A program made the translations under genes and the position numbers. A stretch of DNA of 64,000 nucleotides. Origin: Thermoanaerobaculia bacterium (lineage in GTDB: Bacteria > Acidobacteriota > Thermoanaerobaculia > UBA5066 > Gp7-AA6). The stretch lies in the NCBI GenBank assembly GCA_038229875.1, contig JBBROA010000001.1, forward strand, positions 65,955 to 129,954, in the 5' to 3' direction. This document shows, piece by piece, positions 37,568 through 45,981 of this stretch (the first letter of the stretch is position 1; every line of letters starts with the position of its first letter). The notes under the pieces were generated by a model that did no database searches, had not been told where the DNA came from, and was given only the letters and a program-made list of their open reading frames with translations.

Positions 37568-38181
37568 CGTTGTCGAGCCGCCGCGCGCAGATACTGATCG
37601 TCGCGATCCTGCTCCTGGCCGGAAACCTCGGGTTCTACCTCTGGTACCGCGCCACGGCGCAGGACCGCAAGGACGCCATGGAAGCGCGCCGCACCGCGCT
37701 GACGCGCGAGGTGGACGCTCGGGAGCAGGAAGCCAGGAGGCTCGGCGCGCAGAGGGACCGCCTGTCCTCGGTGTCCTCCGCGATCGACGAGTTCTACGGG
37801 AAGCGCATCGGCCCGAGCCGCGACACGCTGGCGCCGGTCGTCGCCGAGATCCATCTCCTGCTTCAGCGCGCCGGAATACTTCCGACCGAGATGTCCTACA
37901 TGACCCAGAAGATGGCGGAGCTGCCGCTGTCCCAGATGATCGTCACCTTTTCGTTCCGCAACGACTACGCGCGCTTCAAGCAGCTCCTCGGCTCGATCGA
38001 GACGGACCGCCGCTGGATCGTCATCCGCGAGGTCGGGCTTTTGCGGGATCCGGAACTGCCGGGCGGCGTTCTGGTCCACATGGCGCTCGCCACCTACTTT
38101 GCCGGCGAAGACGCCGTTCCCGAGGCTCCTCCGGCGGTCGCCGCGCGGGCGATCTCCGGGGCCGCGAGGATGCGCCCGTGA
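37564..38181 (+). CDS. PilO/GspM-like bitopic assembly protein
   Basis: ATGA overlap. TM helix (ILIVAILLLAGNLGFYLW), a coiled coil, then an alpha/beta domain. Confidence 0.55.
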   Translation: MTLSSRRAQILIVAILLLAGNLGFYLWYRATAQDRKDAMEARRTALTREVDAREQEARRLGAQRDRLSSVSSAIDEFYGKRIGPSRDTLAPVVAEIHLLLQRAGILPTEMSYMTQKMAELPLSQMIVTFSFRNDYARFKQLLGSIETDRRWIVIREVGLLRDPELPGGVLVHMALATYFAGEDAVPEAPPAVAARAISGAARMRP

Positions 38182-38849
38182 GCTTCTCCTTCGGAAACTG
38201 GAAGCAGCTGATCGTGCTCGCGCTCGCCGCGGTTTTTCTGATCGGCGTCGTACGCTGGCGGTCCGCGCCTTCCGCGCCTTCCGCACCCGATACGCCGACC
38301 CCGGCGGCTCCCCGCGCGACGGGCAAGTCCCCCTCGGCCGGATCGCCGGACGAGGACCGGCCGACGGGATCCGCGGCGCCCGCGCCGGGAGCGCGGACCC
38401 GCGGCAAGGAGGCGAAGGCGGCGACCCCCGAAGACGTGCCGATCATCACGACGAAAGACCTCGACCCGCAGCGCGGGCGGCGCGACGCCCAGGGATCACG
38501 CAATCTTTTCGACCTGCGGGCGCCGACTCCGATTCCGCCGCCCACGCCAACGCCGGCGCCTCCGCCCCCGCCTCCGCCGGGGAGCGCCGCGTTCGTCGGC
38601 CCGCTCCCGCCTCCGCCGCCGACGCCGACCCCGGCGCCCCCGGAGATCTCGTTCAAGTTCATCGGGACGTTCGGTCCTAAGGATCGACCCTTTGCGGTTC
38701 TGGTCGCCGGAGACCAGATCGTCAATGCCCGGGCAGGCGAGGTTGTGTTCGACCGTTTCATCGTGCGGCGAGTCGGGTACGAGTCGGTGGACGTCGGCTT
38801 CGTCGGATTCGCGCCCTCGCAGACCCGGCGCATCGGAATCGCGCCATGA
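38178..38849 (+). CDS. PilP/GspC-like proline-rich periplasmic protein
   Basis: GTGA overlap. TM helix, long Pro-rich linker (PTPIPPPTPTPAPPPPPPP..PPPPPTPTPAPP), and a C-terminal beta domain ISFKFIGTFGPKDRPFAVLVAGDQIVNARAGEVV.. Confidence 0.5.
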   Translation: MSFSFGNWKQLIVLALAAVFLIGVVRWRSAPSAPSAPDTPTPAAPRATGKSPSAGSPDEDRPTGSAAPAPGARTRGKEAKAATPEDVPIITTKDLDPQRGRRDAQGSRNLFDLRAPTPIPPPTPTPAPPPPPPPGSAAFVGPLPPPPPTPTPAPPEISFKFIGTFGPKDRPFAVLVAGDQIVNARAGEVVFDRFIVRRVGYESVDVGFVGFAPSQTRRIGIAP

Positions 38850-38886
38850 CCCGGACCGGTATCTGGAACTCTCGAAAGGTGGCCCG

Positions 38887-41256
38887 ATGAAGTTTGCACA
38901 GAAGTTCGGATTCCTCGTTCTCATCTCCCTCGCGACGGCGTGCGCCAGCTCGCGTGCGTTTCGTGAGGCGAAAGAGCAGGAGGACGCCTCCCACTGGGAC
39001 ATCGCGGTCATGAAGTACGGCCAGGCGCTCGAGGCCGAGCCGACGAACAGCCGCTACAAGATCTCCCTGTTGAACGCGCGCCGGAAGGCTTCGCAGGCGC
39101 ACTTCGAGCGCGGCAAGATCTATCGGAGCTCGGGACACGCGGACCTCGCGGTCGTCGAGCTGCAGCAGACGCTGGCGCTGGACCCCACGAACCACTACGC
39201 GGAGCTCGAGCTCGTCAAGGCGAGGGAAGAAGCGACGCGACAGGCAGCCGAGCGCGACGGCGAGACGCGGATACAGGGGGCGAAGCGGAGGACCCGTGGC
39301 GCCCGCGCCCGCACGCCGCTTCTCGAGCCCACCAGCGAACGGGCGATCAACCTGAACTTTCCGCAGCCGAAATCGATCAAGCAGATCTACCAGTCGCTCG
39401 CGCTCGCGGCCGGGATCAACGTCATTTTCGACCCGCAGTTGAAAGACGAGAACGTCGCGATCGTGCTGACGAACATCAGCTTCCAGAACGCGCTCGAGAC
39501 CCTGATGCGGCAGGAGAACCACTTCTACAAGGTCATCGACGAAAAGACGATGCTGATCGCGGCGGACACGCCGCAGAACCGGAAGACCTACGAAGACCTC
39601 GTCATCCGGACGTTCTATCTCTCAAACGGCGACGTCACCGACGTGTCCAACGCCCTGCGGCAGCTCCTGCAGACGACCCGGATCTCCATCAACAAGGCGG
39701 AGAACTCGATCACCCTGCGCGACACCGCCGACAAGGTGGCGATCGCGGAGAAGATCATCGAGCAGAATGACAAGCAGCTCGCCGAGGTCGTGATCGACGT
39801 CGAGCTGCTGCAGATCAACACGTCGCGGACGACGGAGATCGGCCTCCTCCTTTCGGGATACTCGATCGGTACCTCCGCGCCGGCGCCCGGCGGCACCACC
39901 GACCTGGGAAGCACGCTTCCCGCGGGGGGGACGACCGCCGGCTCGTTCACGTGGGACCAGCTGAAGCAGCTTTCGATCCGGTCCCTCGGGTTCAACATCC
40001 CGTCCGCTACCTACAACTTCATCAAGAACAACTCCGACTCCGAGCTCCTCGCCAAGCCGCAGCTGCGTATCTCGGAGGGTCAGAAGGCGCAGCTCGTCAT
40101 CGGCGACAAGGTGCCGATCCCTACGACGACGTTCAACACCTCGAACACCGTCGGCGGAAGCATCGTCCCGATCACGTCCTTCCAGTACCAGGACGTCGGG
40201 ATCAAGATCGAGGTCGAGCCGCGCGTGCACCACAACAAGGAAGTGACCCTGAAACTGGTGCTCGAAGTCTCGCAGCTCGGGGAGTCGAATGCACAGGGGC
40301 AGCCGATCATCGGAACCCGGACGATCTCCTCGAACATCCGCCTGCGCGACGGCGAGACGAACTTCCTCGCGGGGCTCTTCCGCACGGACAAGACCGGCTC
40401 GAACACGACCGTCCCGTTCCTGGGAGACATTCCGATCCTAGGCCGGCTGTTCTCGAACAAGAAGCGCGCGGGCACGACGACGGACCTCGTGCTAACCCTG
40501 ACCCCGCACATCATCCGGATTCCGGACGTGACCGAGGATGACCTGGTTCCCGTGTACGTCGGGACCGACGCGAACATCTCCTTCCAGGGCTCCCCGCGCA
40601 TCGAGTCGCCGGGCGGCTCCGGCCCGTTCGACTTCCGCCGCGATCAGCCGGCGTCGCGCTCCAACCCGGCGCCGGCTCCGCCGTCGGGTCCGGCTCCTCA
40701 GAATCTGGCTCCCGCCGTGCCTCCCAGCGACCCGTTCCGACCCTCGCCGAGGGACGCGGTTCCGCCGCAGCCGCAGGAGCCCCGGCCTCCGTTCGGGCAG
40801 GGGGTGGTTCTGAATCCGTCCGGGGCCACGGCCCTCGGCATCGAGAGCACCTCCGGCGCCACGACCACCGCTGCGCAGAGCTCTCCCACCCAGAGCGGGC
40901 TCCTGTTCGAAATCGTCCCCTCGTCCGCCTCGGTCGGAACGGGGCAGCAGAGCTCGATCGTCCTGCGGGTGACCGGCCAGGACGCCTCCGTGAACGGATC
41001 CGTCATGGTCCGGTTCGACCCGGCCATCCTGTCCGTCGTCGGGGTGCGCGCGATTCTGCCCGAAGGAGGAGTCGCGGACTCGCACGTCGAGCCCGGCCGC
41101 GTCGTCCTGAACCTTCCGAACCCGATCCCCCTCTCGGGGACGAAGGCCCTCGCCGAGATCGTGGTCCAGGGCGTCAAGAAGGGAACCTCGAAGCTGACGT
41201 TCGACCGAGGCACCTCCTCCGCGAACTTTGCGGACGCCACGGTGGAGGTCCGGTGA
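38887..41256 (+). CDS. gspD: Secretin (GspD/PilQ family) with N-terminal TPR-like region and C-terminal cohesin-like domain; probable lipoprotein
   Basis: MKFAQKFGFLVLISLATAC.. (Cys after the signal). TPR-like helices, two secretin-N domains (..VIRTFYLSNGDVTDVSNALRQLL..ITLRDTADKVAIAEKIIEQND), and a secretin core (..VPFLGDIPILGRLFSNKK..LVLTLTPHIIR). A Pro-rich linker then leads to LLFEIVPSSASVGTGQQSSIVLRVTG..VMVRFDPAILSVVGV..GTKALAEIVVQGVKKGTSKLTFD.. (cohesin-like). Confidence 0.85.
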   Translation: MKFAQKFGFLVLISLATACASSRAFREAKEQEDASHWDIAVMKYGQALEAEPTNSRYKISLLNARRKASQAHFERGKIYRSSGHADLAVVELQQTLALDPTNHYAELELVKAREEATRQAAERDGETRIQGAKRRTRGARARTPLLEPTSERAINLNFPQPKSIKQIYQSLALAAGINVIFDPQLKDENVAIVLTNISFQNALETLMRQENHFYKVIDEKTMLIAADTPQNRKTYEDLVIRTFYLSNGDVTDVSNALRQLLQTTRISINKAENSITLRDTADKVAIAEKIIEQNDKQLAEVVIDVELLQINTSRTTEIGLLLSGYSIGTSAPAPGGTTDLGSTLPAGGTTAGSFTWDQLKQLSIRSLGFNIPSATYNFIKNNSDSELLAKPQLRISEGQKAQLVIGDKVPIPTTTFNTSNTVGGSIVPITSFQYQDVGIKIEVEPRVHHNKEVTLKLVLEVSQLGESNAQGQPIIGTRTISSNIRLRDGETNFLAGLFRTDKTGSNTTVPFLGDIPILGRLFSNKKRAGTTTDLVLTLTPHIIRIPDVTEDDLVPVYVGTDANISFQGSPRIESPGGSGPFDFRRDQPASRSNPAPAPPSGPAPQNLAPAVPPSDPFRPSPRDAVPPQPQEPRPPFGQGVVLNPSGATALGIESTSGATTTAAQSSPTQSGLLFEIVPSSASVGTGQQSSIVLRVTGQDASVNGSVMVRFDPAILSVVGVRAILPEGGVADSHVEPGRVVLNLPNPIPLSGTKALAEIVVQGVKKGTSKLTFDRGTSSANFADATVEVR

Positions 41257-41723
41257 GAGACACCTTCCGCCGCCGCCAGGGCGGATTCACCGTCGTCGAG
41301 CTCGCGGTGGTCGCGGCCATGATCGCGATCCTCACGGGGATGGTGGTCCCCGTCGTCCGCTACACGGTCAAGCGGCAGGAAGAGATTGAGCTGCGCTTCC
41401 AGCTGCGCTTGATGCGCGACGCGATCGACAAGTACAAGCAGTCCTCAGACGCCGGCCTGATCCCGCCGCAGCTCGGGACCGAGGGGTATCCCCCCGACCT
41501 GGACGTCCTGGTGAACGGCGCCAAGCTCGTCGGTCAGATCGACAAGAAGCAGAAGTTTCTCCGCCGCGTGCCGGTCGACCCAATGACGAAAAAGCCCGAG
41601 TGGGGTCTGCGCTCGTATCAGGACGACCCCAAGACCACGTCCTGGGGCAGTCAGAACGTTTACGACGTGTACTCGCTCGCGAACGGCCGCGCCATCGACG
41701 GCTCGTATTACAAGGATTGGTGA
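41253..41723 (+). CDS. gspG: GspG-like major pseudopilin
   Basis: Prepilin motif RRRQGG/FTVVELAVVAAMIAIL, ..YPPDLDVLV..RRVPVDPMT.., ends ..YYKDW. GTGA overlap with the secretin stop. Confidence 0.85.
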   Translation: MRDTFRRRQGGFTVVELAVVAAMIAILTGMVVPVVRYTVKRQEEIELRFQLRLMRDAIDKYKQSSDAGLIPPQLGTEGYPPDLDVLVNGAKLVGQIDKKQKFLRRVPVDPMTKKPEWGLRSYQDDPKTTSWGSQNVYDVYSLANGRAIDGSYYKDW

Positions 41724-42244
41724 TGCAAAATTGTCAGGGGTCAGGGGTCAGGGGTCAGGCGCCGCAGGATGCGGGCGCGTTTCCTTTTGCGCCCCACGTC
41801 TCACCACTCGCGGCTCACCCGTCAACGCTTGCGCCCCGCGAGTCCGGCTTCACCCTCCTGGAGCTTCTCGTCGTCATGACGATCATCGGGATCCTGGCGG
41901 CCATCGCGGTCCCGGCGCTGCGCGACTCGCCGCAGCGGGCCCGTGAGGCGACGCTCAAGGAGGACCTCTTCACGCTCCGGAGCGTGATCGACCAGTACCA
42001 TGGCGACAAGGGAAACTATCCCGCCGATCTCCAGACGCTGGTGACCGACGGCTACATTCGCAAGATCCCGCTCGATCCCATGACGAAATCCGCGGACACC
42101 TGGCTCGTCGCCTTTGAGGAGGCGAGCGAACAGGCCGCCACCGATGCGAGCGGGACGGCCGCCCCTGCGACCCCCGGCGTCATCGACGTGCACAGCGGGT
42201 CTCCAGGGAAGGCCCTGGACGGGACCCTCTACAAGGAGTGGTGA
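41723..42244 (+). CDS. GspG-like pseudopilin paralog with unusually long leader
   Basis: ..RESG/FTLLELLVVMTIIGILAAIAVP.., ..YPADLQTLVTDGYIRKIPLDPMT.., ends ..LYKEW. The only in-frame canonical start is ATG 41723, 41 codons before the G/F site. Confidence 0.75.
   Translation: MQNCQGSGVRGQAPQDAGAFPFAPHVSPLAAHPSTLAPRESGFTLLELLVVMTIIGILAAIAVPALRDSPQRAREATLKEDLFTLRSVIDQYHGDKGNYPADLQTLVTDGYIRKIPLDPMTKSADTWLVAFEEASEQAATDASGTAAPATPGVIDVHSGSPGKALDGTLYKEW
41734..41759 (+). repeat. (TCAGGGG)x3 + TCAGG heptanucleotide tandem repeat
   Basis: Lies 11 nt after the gspG stop, inside the nominal leader of the second pseudopilin (encodes QGSGVRGQ). Confidence 0.9.
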
Positions 42245-42972
42245 GAACAGCCGGCGAGCGGGACCTCCGTCGGGGAGCTTCACCGCGGATCCTGCCCTCG
42301 CCTCGAACGTTCCGTCTCTCCGCCTTTCGCCCTTCGCCCTCCGCCTTTGGCCCGCCGCGGAGCCCCAACGAGCGCGGCTTCACCATGGTGGCGGTCGTGA
42401 TCGGGATCCTGATCCTGACGATCGTGATCGCCGGTGTCGGCCCGGCGCTCGGGACCATCGGGAAGCGGGAGCGAGAAAAGGAGCTGATCTTCCGCGGCAA
42501 GCAGTACGCTCGGGCCATCGGCCTCTTCCAGCGGCGGTACGGGCGTTACCCGAACAGCCTGAAGGAAATGCTCGAGAACAACCCGCGGACGATCCGGCAG
42601 CTCTGGAAGGATCCGATGTGCAACTGTTCCGACTGGTATCTCCTCATCCTGAACACGCCGGACGCGCTCCCGCAGGGGGGAGGCCCCGGCGGTGGACCGG
42701 TTCCCTTTATCACCCCGGGCCCCTTCCGCGCGGTGCCGACGCCGACTCCGCCCCCGCCCCCGTCCGCGTTCGGCACGCCCCAGACCGCCGGCCCGATCGT
42801 GGGCGTCCGCTCGAAGGTCCACAAGGAGGCCGTCGGGGAGTGGCGGGGCAAGAAGTTCTATGACGAGTGGCGATTCATCGTGGGCGACGCGGACCGGGGC
42901 GCGGGGGGGGCTTTCGATCCGAACACGCTCCGACTGCCTGGAGCCCCCCAGCCGGCCCCCCCGCCGAGGTAG
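42238..42972 (+). CDS. Pseudopilin-like protein lacking Glu5, Pro/Gly-rich
   Basis: ..NERG/FTMVAVVIGILILTIVIAG.. (position +5 is Ala rather than Glu), ..GRYPNSLKEMLENNPRTIRQLWKDP.. Start is uncertain (GTG 42238 gives a 48-aa leader). Confidence 0.6.
   Translation: MVRTAGERDLRRGASPRILPSPRTFRLSAFRPSPSAFGPPRSPNERGFTMVAVVIGILILTIVIAGVGPALGTIGKREREKELIFRGKQYARAIGLFQRRYGRYPNSLKEMLENNPRTIRQLWKDPMCNCSDWYLLILNTPDALPQGGGPGGGPVPFITPGPFRAVPTPTPPPPPSAFGTPQTAGPIVGVRSKVHKEAVGEWRGKKFYDEWRFIVGDADRGAGGAFDPNTLRLPGAPQPAPPPR
42319..42353 (+). repeat. Period-7 tract TCCGCCT TTCGCCC TTCGCCC TCCGCCT TTGGCCC
   Basis: Shares the exact 17-mer GCCTTTCGCCCTTCGCC (42322-38) with 17647-17663. Lies inside the nominal leader of the third pseudopilin. 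Confidence 0.85.
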
Positions 42973-43069
42973 TAAGTCGCAGAATCCAAAGGGTTTGATT
43001 CCTCCCAGACGAAGGGCTCGACCGGAGGTCCGCCGCGATAGAATGGCGCCGCCTGCCGGGAGCTCTCTC

Positions 43070-44347
43070 ATGGTCCAGAAATTCACGCTCGATAACGGTG
43101 CGACTGTCCTCGTCGACGAGATGCAGGACGTGCGGTCGCTCGCCCTCGGGATCTTCGTCGGAGCCGGGTCCGGCCAGGAGACCCCCGCGCGCCAGGGCGT
43201 CTCCCATTTCCTGGAGCATGTGCTTTTCAAGAGGACGGACCGCCGCTCGAGCGTCCAGATCGCCCGGGCGATCGACCGCCTCGGCGGGGACGTCGACGCG
43301 TTCACGACCAAGGAGTACACGGGCTTCTACGCGCACACCCTGGACTCCCGCTTCGGAGAGGCCCTGGATCTCTTAGGCGACATCGTTCTTTCCCCGGCAT
43401 TCGAGGCGATCGACATCGAGACCGAGCGGGGGGTCATCTTAGAAGAGATCGGGGAAGCGAACGACAACCCGGACGATCTCGTCCACGAGATGTTCGTCCG
43501 CTCGTTCTGGCGGACCCACCCCCTGGGCGCCCCGATCCTCGGCACCGCCGAGACCGTCAAGAGCATCGGCCTCGCGGACCTGTATCGGTATTATCGGTCC
43601 CACTACACGCCCGACAACATGATCGTTTCCGTCGCCGGGCACGTCCGGGCTTCGGAATGCGTCGAGGCCATCGAGAAGCTCTTCCGGCGGCGGCCGACGC
43701 GCGCTTCGGCGCCGCGCCGCTCGCGCGTCGCGGGGCGGCCCCGGGGCCACCAGCACCTGGAGTTGAAATCGCGGCGGGGTCTCGAGCAGGCGCATGTCTG
43801 CCTCGGCGTCGAAGGGCCCGGCCAGGCATCCGACCGGCGGTTCGCCGCCAACCTCCTCGACATCGTGCTCGGGGGCGGGATGTCCTCGCGCCTCTTCCAG
43901 GAGGTTCGGGAAAAGCGCGGCCTCGCGTATTCGGTCGCGTCTTCTCTCAATTCCTATCGCCTCGGCGGCTACGAGACGATCTATTCGGCCTGCGCCCCCA
44001 AAAACCTCTCGCGCGTGCTCGAGGTGACCCTGAAGGAGCTGAAGAAGTTGAAGCGGGACGGCGTCCGACCCCGCGAACTCTCCTGGGCGAAGGAAAACCT
44101 GAAGGGCAACATGATCATTGCCCTGGAGTCCACGGTCTCCCGAATGTCGTCCCACGCGCGCGAGCAGTTCTATTTCGACCGAATTATGCCGACCGAGGAA
44201 TGGATCTCGCGTGTCGAATGCGTCTCGGCGGACGACGTCGGCGAGGAAGCTCAGCGACTGTTCGATGGCCGGGTCCTGTCTCTGGCGGTCGTGGGCAACG
44301 TGGGCAGGCTGCCGGTGTCGGTGCCGGACCTGGCAGGCGCGCTCTAG
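43070..44347 (+). CDS. M16-family (pitrilysin/insulinase-like) zinc peptidase
   Basis: Inverted zinc motif GVSHFLEHVLF plus downstream ..ERGVILEEI.. Alternative start at ATG 43043. Confidence 0.88.
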   Translation: MVQKFTLDNGATVLVDEMQDVRSLALGIFVGAGSGQETPARQGVSHFLEHVLFKRTDRRSSVQIARAIDRLGGDVDAFTTKEYTGFYAHTLDSRFGEALDLLGDIVLSPAFEAIDIETERGVILEEIGEANDNPDDLVHEMFVRSFWRTHPLGAPILGTAETVKSIGLADLYRYYRSHYTPDNMIVSVAGHVRASECVEAIEKLFRRRPTRASAPRRSRVAGRPRGHQHLELKSRRGLEQAHVCLGVEGPGQASDRRFAANLLDIVLGGGMSSRLFQEVREKRGLAYSVASSLNSYRLGGYETIYSACAPKNLSRVLEVTLKELKKLKRDGVRPRELSWAKENLKGNMIIALESTVSRMSSHAREQFYFDRIMPTEEWISRVECVSADDVGEEAQRLFDGRVLSLAVVGNVGRLPVSVPDLAGAL

Positions 44348-44357
44348 GAAGACGCCC

Positions 44358-44392
44358 GGGAAGCGGAAATCGGGAATCGGTCACCGGAAATC
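44358..44392 (+). repeat. Period-7 tract GGGAAGC GGAAATC GGGAATC GGTCACC GGAAATC
   Basis: Begins 11 nt after the M16 stop. A related GGTAATC GGAAATC occurs at 11209-11222. Confidence 0.8.
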
Positions 44393-44420
44393 GAGTTCCT
44401 GGATTAATCTCATCGCTTCC

Positions 44421-44870
44421 ATGTCCTCGCTGCTTGTCCCGATCTCCGTCCTGCCACACGGCGAGGGGCTCGCCCTGCCCGCCTATGCAACGCCGGGGTC
44501 CGCGGGATGCGATCTCCGCGCCGCGGTGACGTTTCCCCGGACGCTCGCGCCCGGAGAGCGCGCCGCCGTCGAGACGGGGATCGCGGTCGCCATCCCGGAG
44601 GGTTTCGAGGGGCAGGTCCGGATGCGCAGCGGGCTCGCCTTGAAGCAAGGTCTCGCCGCCTTGAACGCGCCCGGGACGATCGACAGCGACTATCGTGGTG
44701 AGATCAAGGTGATCATCGCGAACCTCGGCAATGTTCCCGTGACGATCGAACGGGGGGACCGGATCGCGCAGCTGGTTTTCTCGCCAGTGGTGCAGGCGCG
44801 ATTCGAGCCCGCAGCGGAACTGCCGCCGACCGGTCGCGCCTCGGGCGGGTTCGGCTCGACCGGCTCGTAA
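44421..44870 (+). CDS. dut: dUTP diphosphatase
   Basis: ..ATPGSAGCDLRA.., ..RSGLALK.., ..GTIDSDYRGEIKVIIANLG.., ..RIAQLV.., ..RASGGFGSTG. Confidence 0.92.
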   Translation: MSSLLVPISVLPHGEGLALPAYATPGSAGCDLRAAVTFPRTLAPGERAAVETGIAVAIPEGFEGQVRMRSGLALKQGLAALNAPGTIDSDYRGEIKVIIANLGNVPVTIERGDRIAQLVFSPVVQARFEPAAELPPTGRASGGFGSTGS

Positions 44871-44876
44871 CTCCGA

Positions 44877-45944
44877 ATGGCGTTTGCGCCGTTCGTCCGG
44901 GAATACGTCTCGGCGCTCACCGAGGGCGATCCGCGGTTCGTTCCCGAGATCGACTCCCGGGACGAGATGTATTCGTACGGCCTTCACTCCCTGCGGGGAA
45001 ACCCCGACGCCGCGGCGATTCTTTATTTCCTGACAGGGCGCCAGATCGCGGACACTGTTCTCGCCGCCCGGCGGTGGCGCTTCGAGAACCGCGACCCGGG
45101 TGTCCTGCTGGATTTCGCGAGCGGTTTCGGCCGCGCGACCCGGTTTCTGACCCTCACCGTGCCGCCCGGATCGCTCTGGGTGTCCGAGATCGACGCCGCC
45201 GCGGTCGCGTTCCAGGAGTCGCGTTTTTCGGTCTCCGGGGTCGTCTCGAGTAAGACAGCCGCGGAATTTAATCCCCGCCGGCGCTTCGACGCGATCGCGG
45301 CCTCGTCGTTCTTCAGCCACGTGCCGGCGGGTCCGTTCGAGGACTGGCTCGCGCGCTTCTACGATCTCGTGAACCCCGGGGGAGTCCTCGTCTTCAGCAC
45401 CCACGGCCCGTCGTTGCTGACGGAAGAAGCGGACTGGTCCACCGGCCTCGTCTTTCGCGGGCAGAGCGAGACCGAGCGGCTCGATCCCTCCGACTACGGA
45501 ACGTCGTACGTGCGGCCCGAGTTCGTCGAGGCCGCGGCGGCCCGAGTCTCGGGAGGGGAGGCGGCGCTTCACTACGTCCCGTTCGGCCTCTGCGGCCACC
45601 AGGACCTCTTTCTGCTGGCGCGGCCGCCGCACCTGCCTCTCCGCCCGCCCTCCGTCCCCCGCGTCCCGCGCGGCGAGCTCCACACCCTGCAGATCCGGGA
45701 CGGGGGCGAGCGGATCGCGGTCGAAGGTTGGATCGAGGCGGAGCGCGAAAGCATCGTGACCTTCTTCCTCGAGAACCGGCCGCTCGCGGTTTCGCGACCC
45801 GAAGACGGCGAGACCCGCCGCTCGTGGAGCTTCGACGTCGAGCTGCTGGGGGTATCCTCCGACGCCGTGCTCCGGATCGAGGCGAGCACCCGGGCGGGGA
45901 CGACGAAGATTCTCGCGATGGGAACTCTGCGGCCGTATCTCTGA
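44877..45944 (+). CDS. Class I SAM-dependent methyltransferase with C-terminal extension
   Basis: ..VLLDFASGFGRATRFL.., ..NPGGVLVFSTHG.. Confidence 0.65.
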   Translation: MAFAPFVREYVSALTEGDPRFVPEIDSRDEMYSYGLHSLRGNPDAAAILYFLTGRQIADTVLAARRWRFENRDPGVLLDFASGFGRATRFLTLTVPPGSLWVSEIDAAAVAFQESRFSVSGVVSSKTAAEFNPRRRFDAIAASSFFSHVPAGPFEDWLARFYDLVNPGGVLVFSTHGPSLLTEEADWSTGLVFRGQSETERLDPSDYGTSYVRPEFVEAAAARVSGGEAALHYVPFGLCGHQDLFLLARPPHLPLRPPSVPRVPRGELHTLQIRDGGERIAVEGWIEAERESIVTFFLENRPLAVSRPEDGETRRSWSFDVELLGVSSDAVLRIEASTRAGTTKILAMGTLRPYL

Positions 45945-45981
45945 ATCGAATTTCCGATCGCCTCTGCTACTCTGGTCGCAC

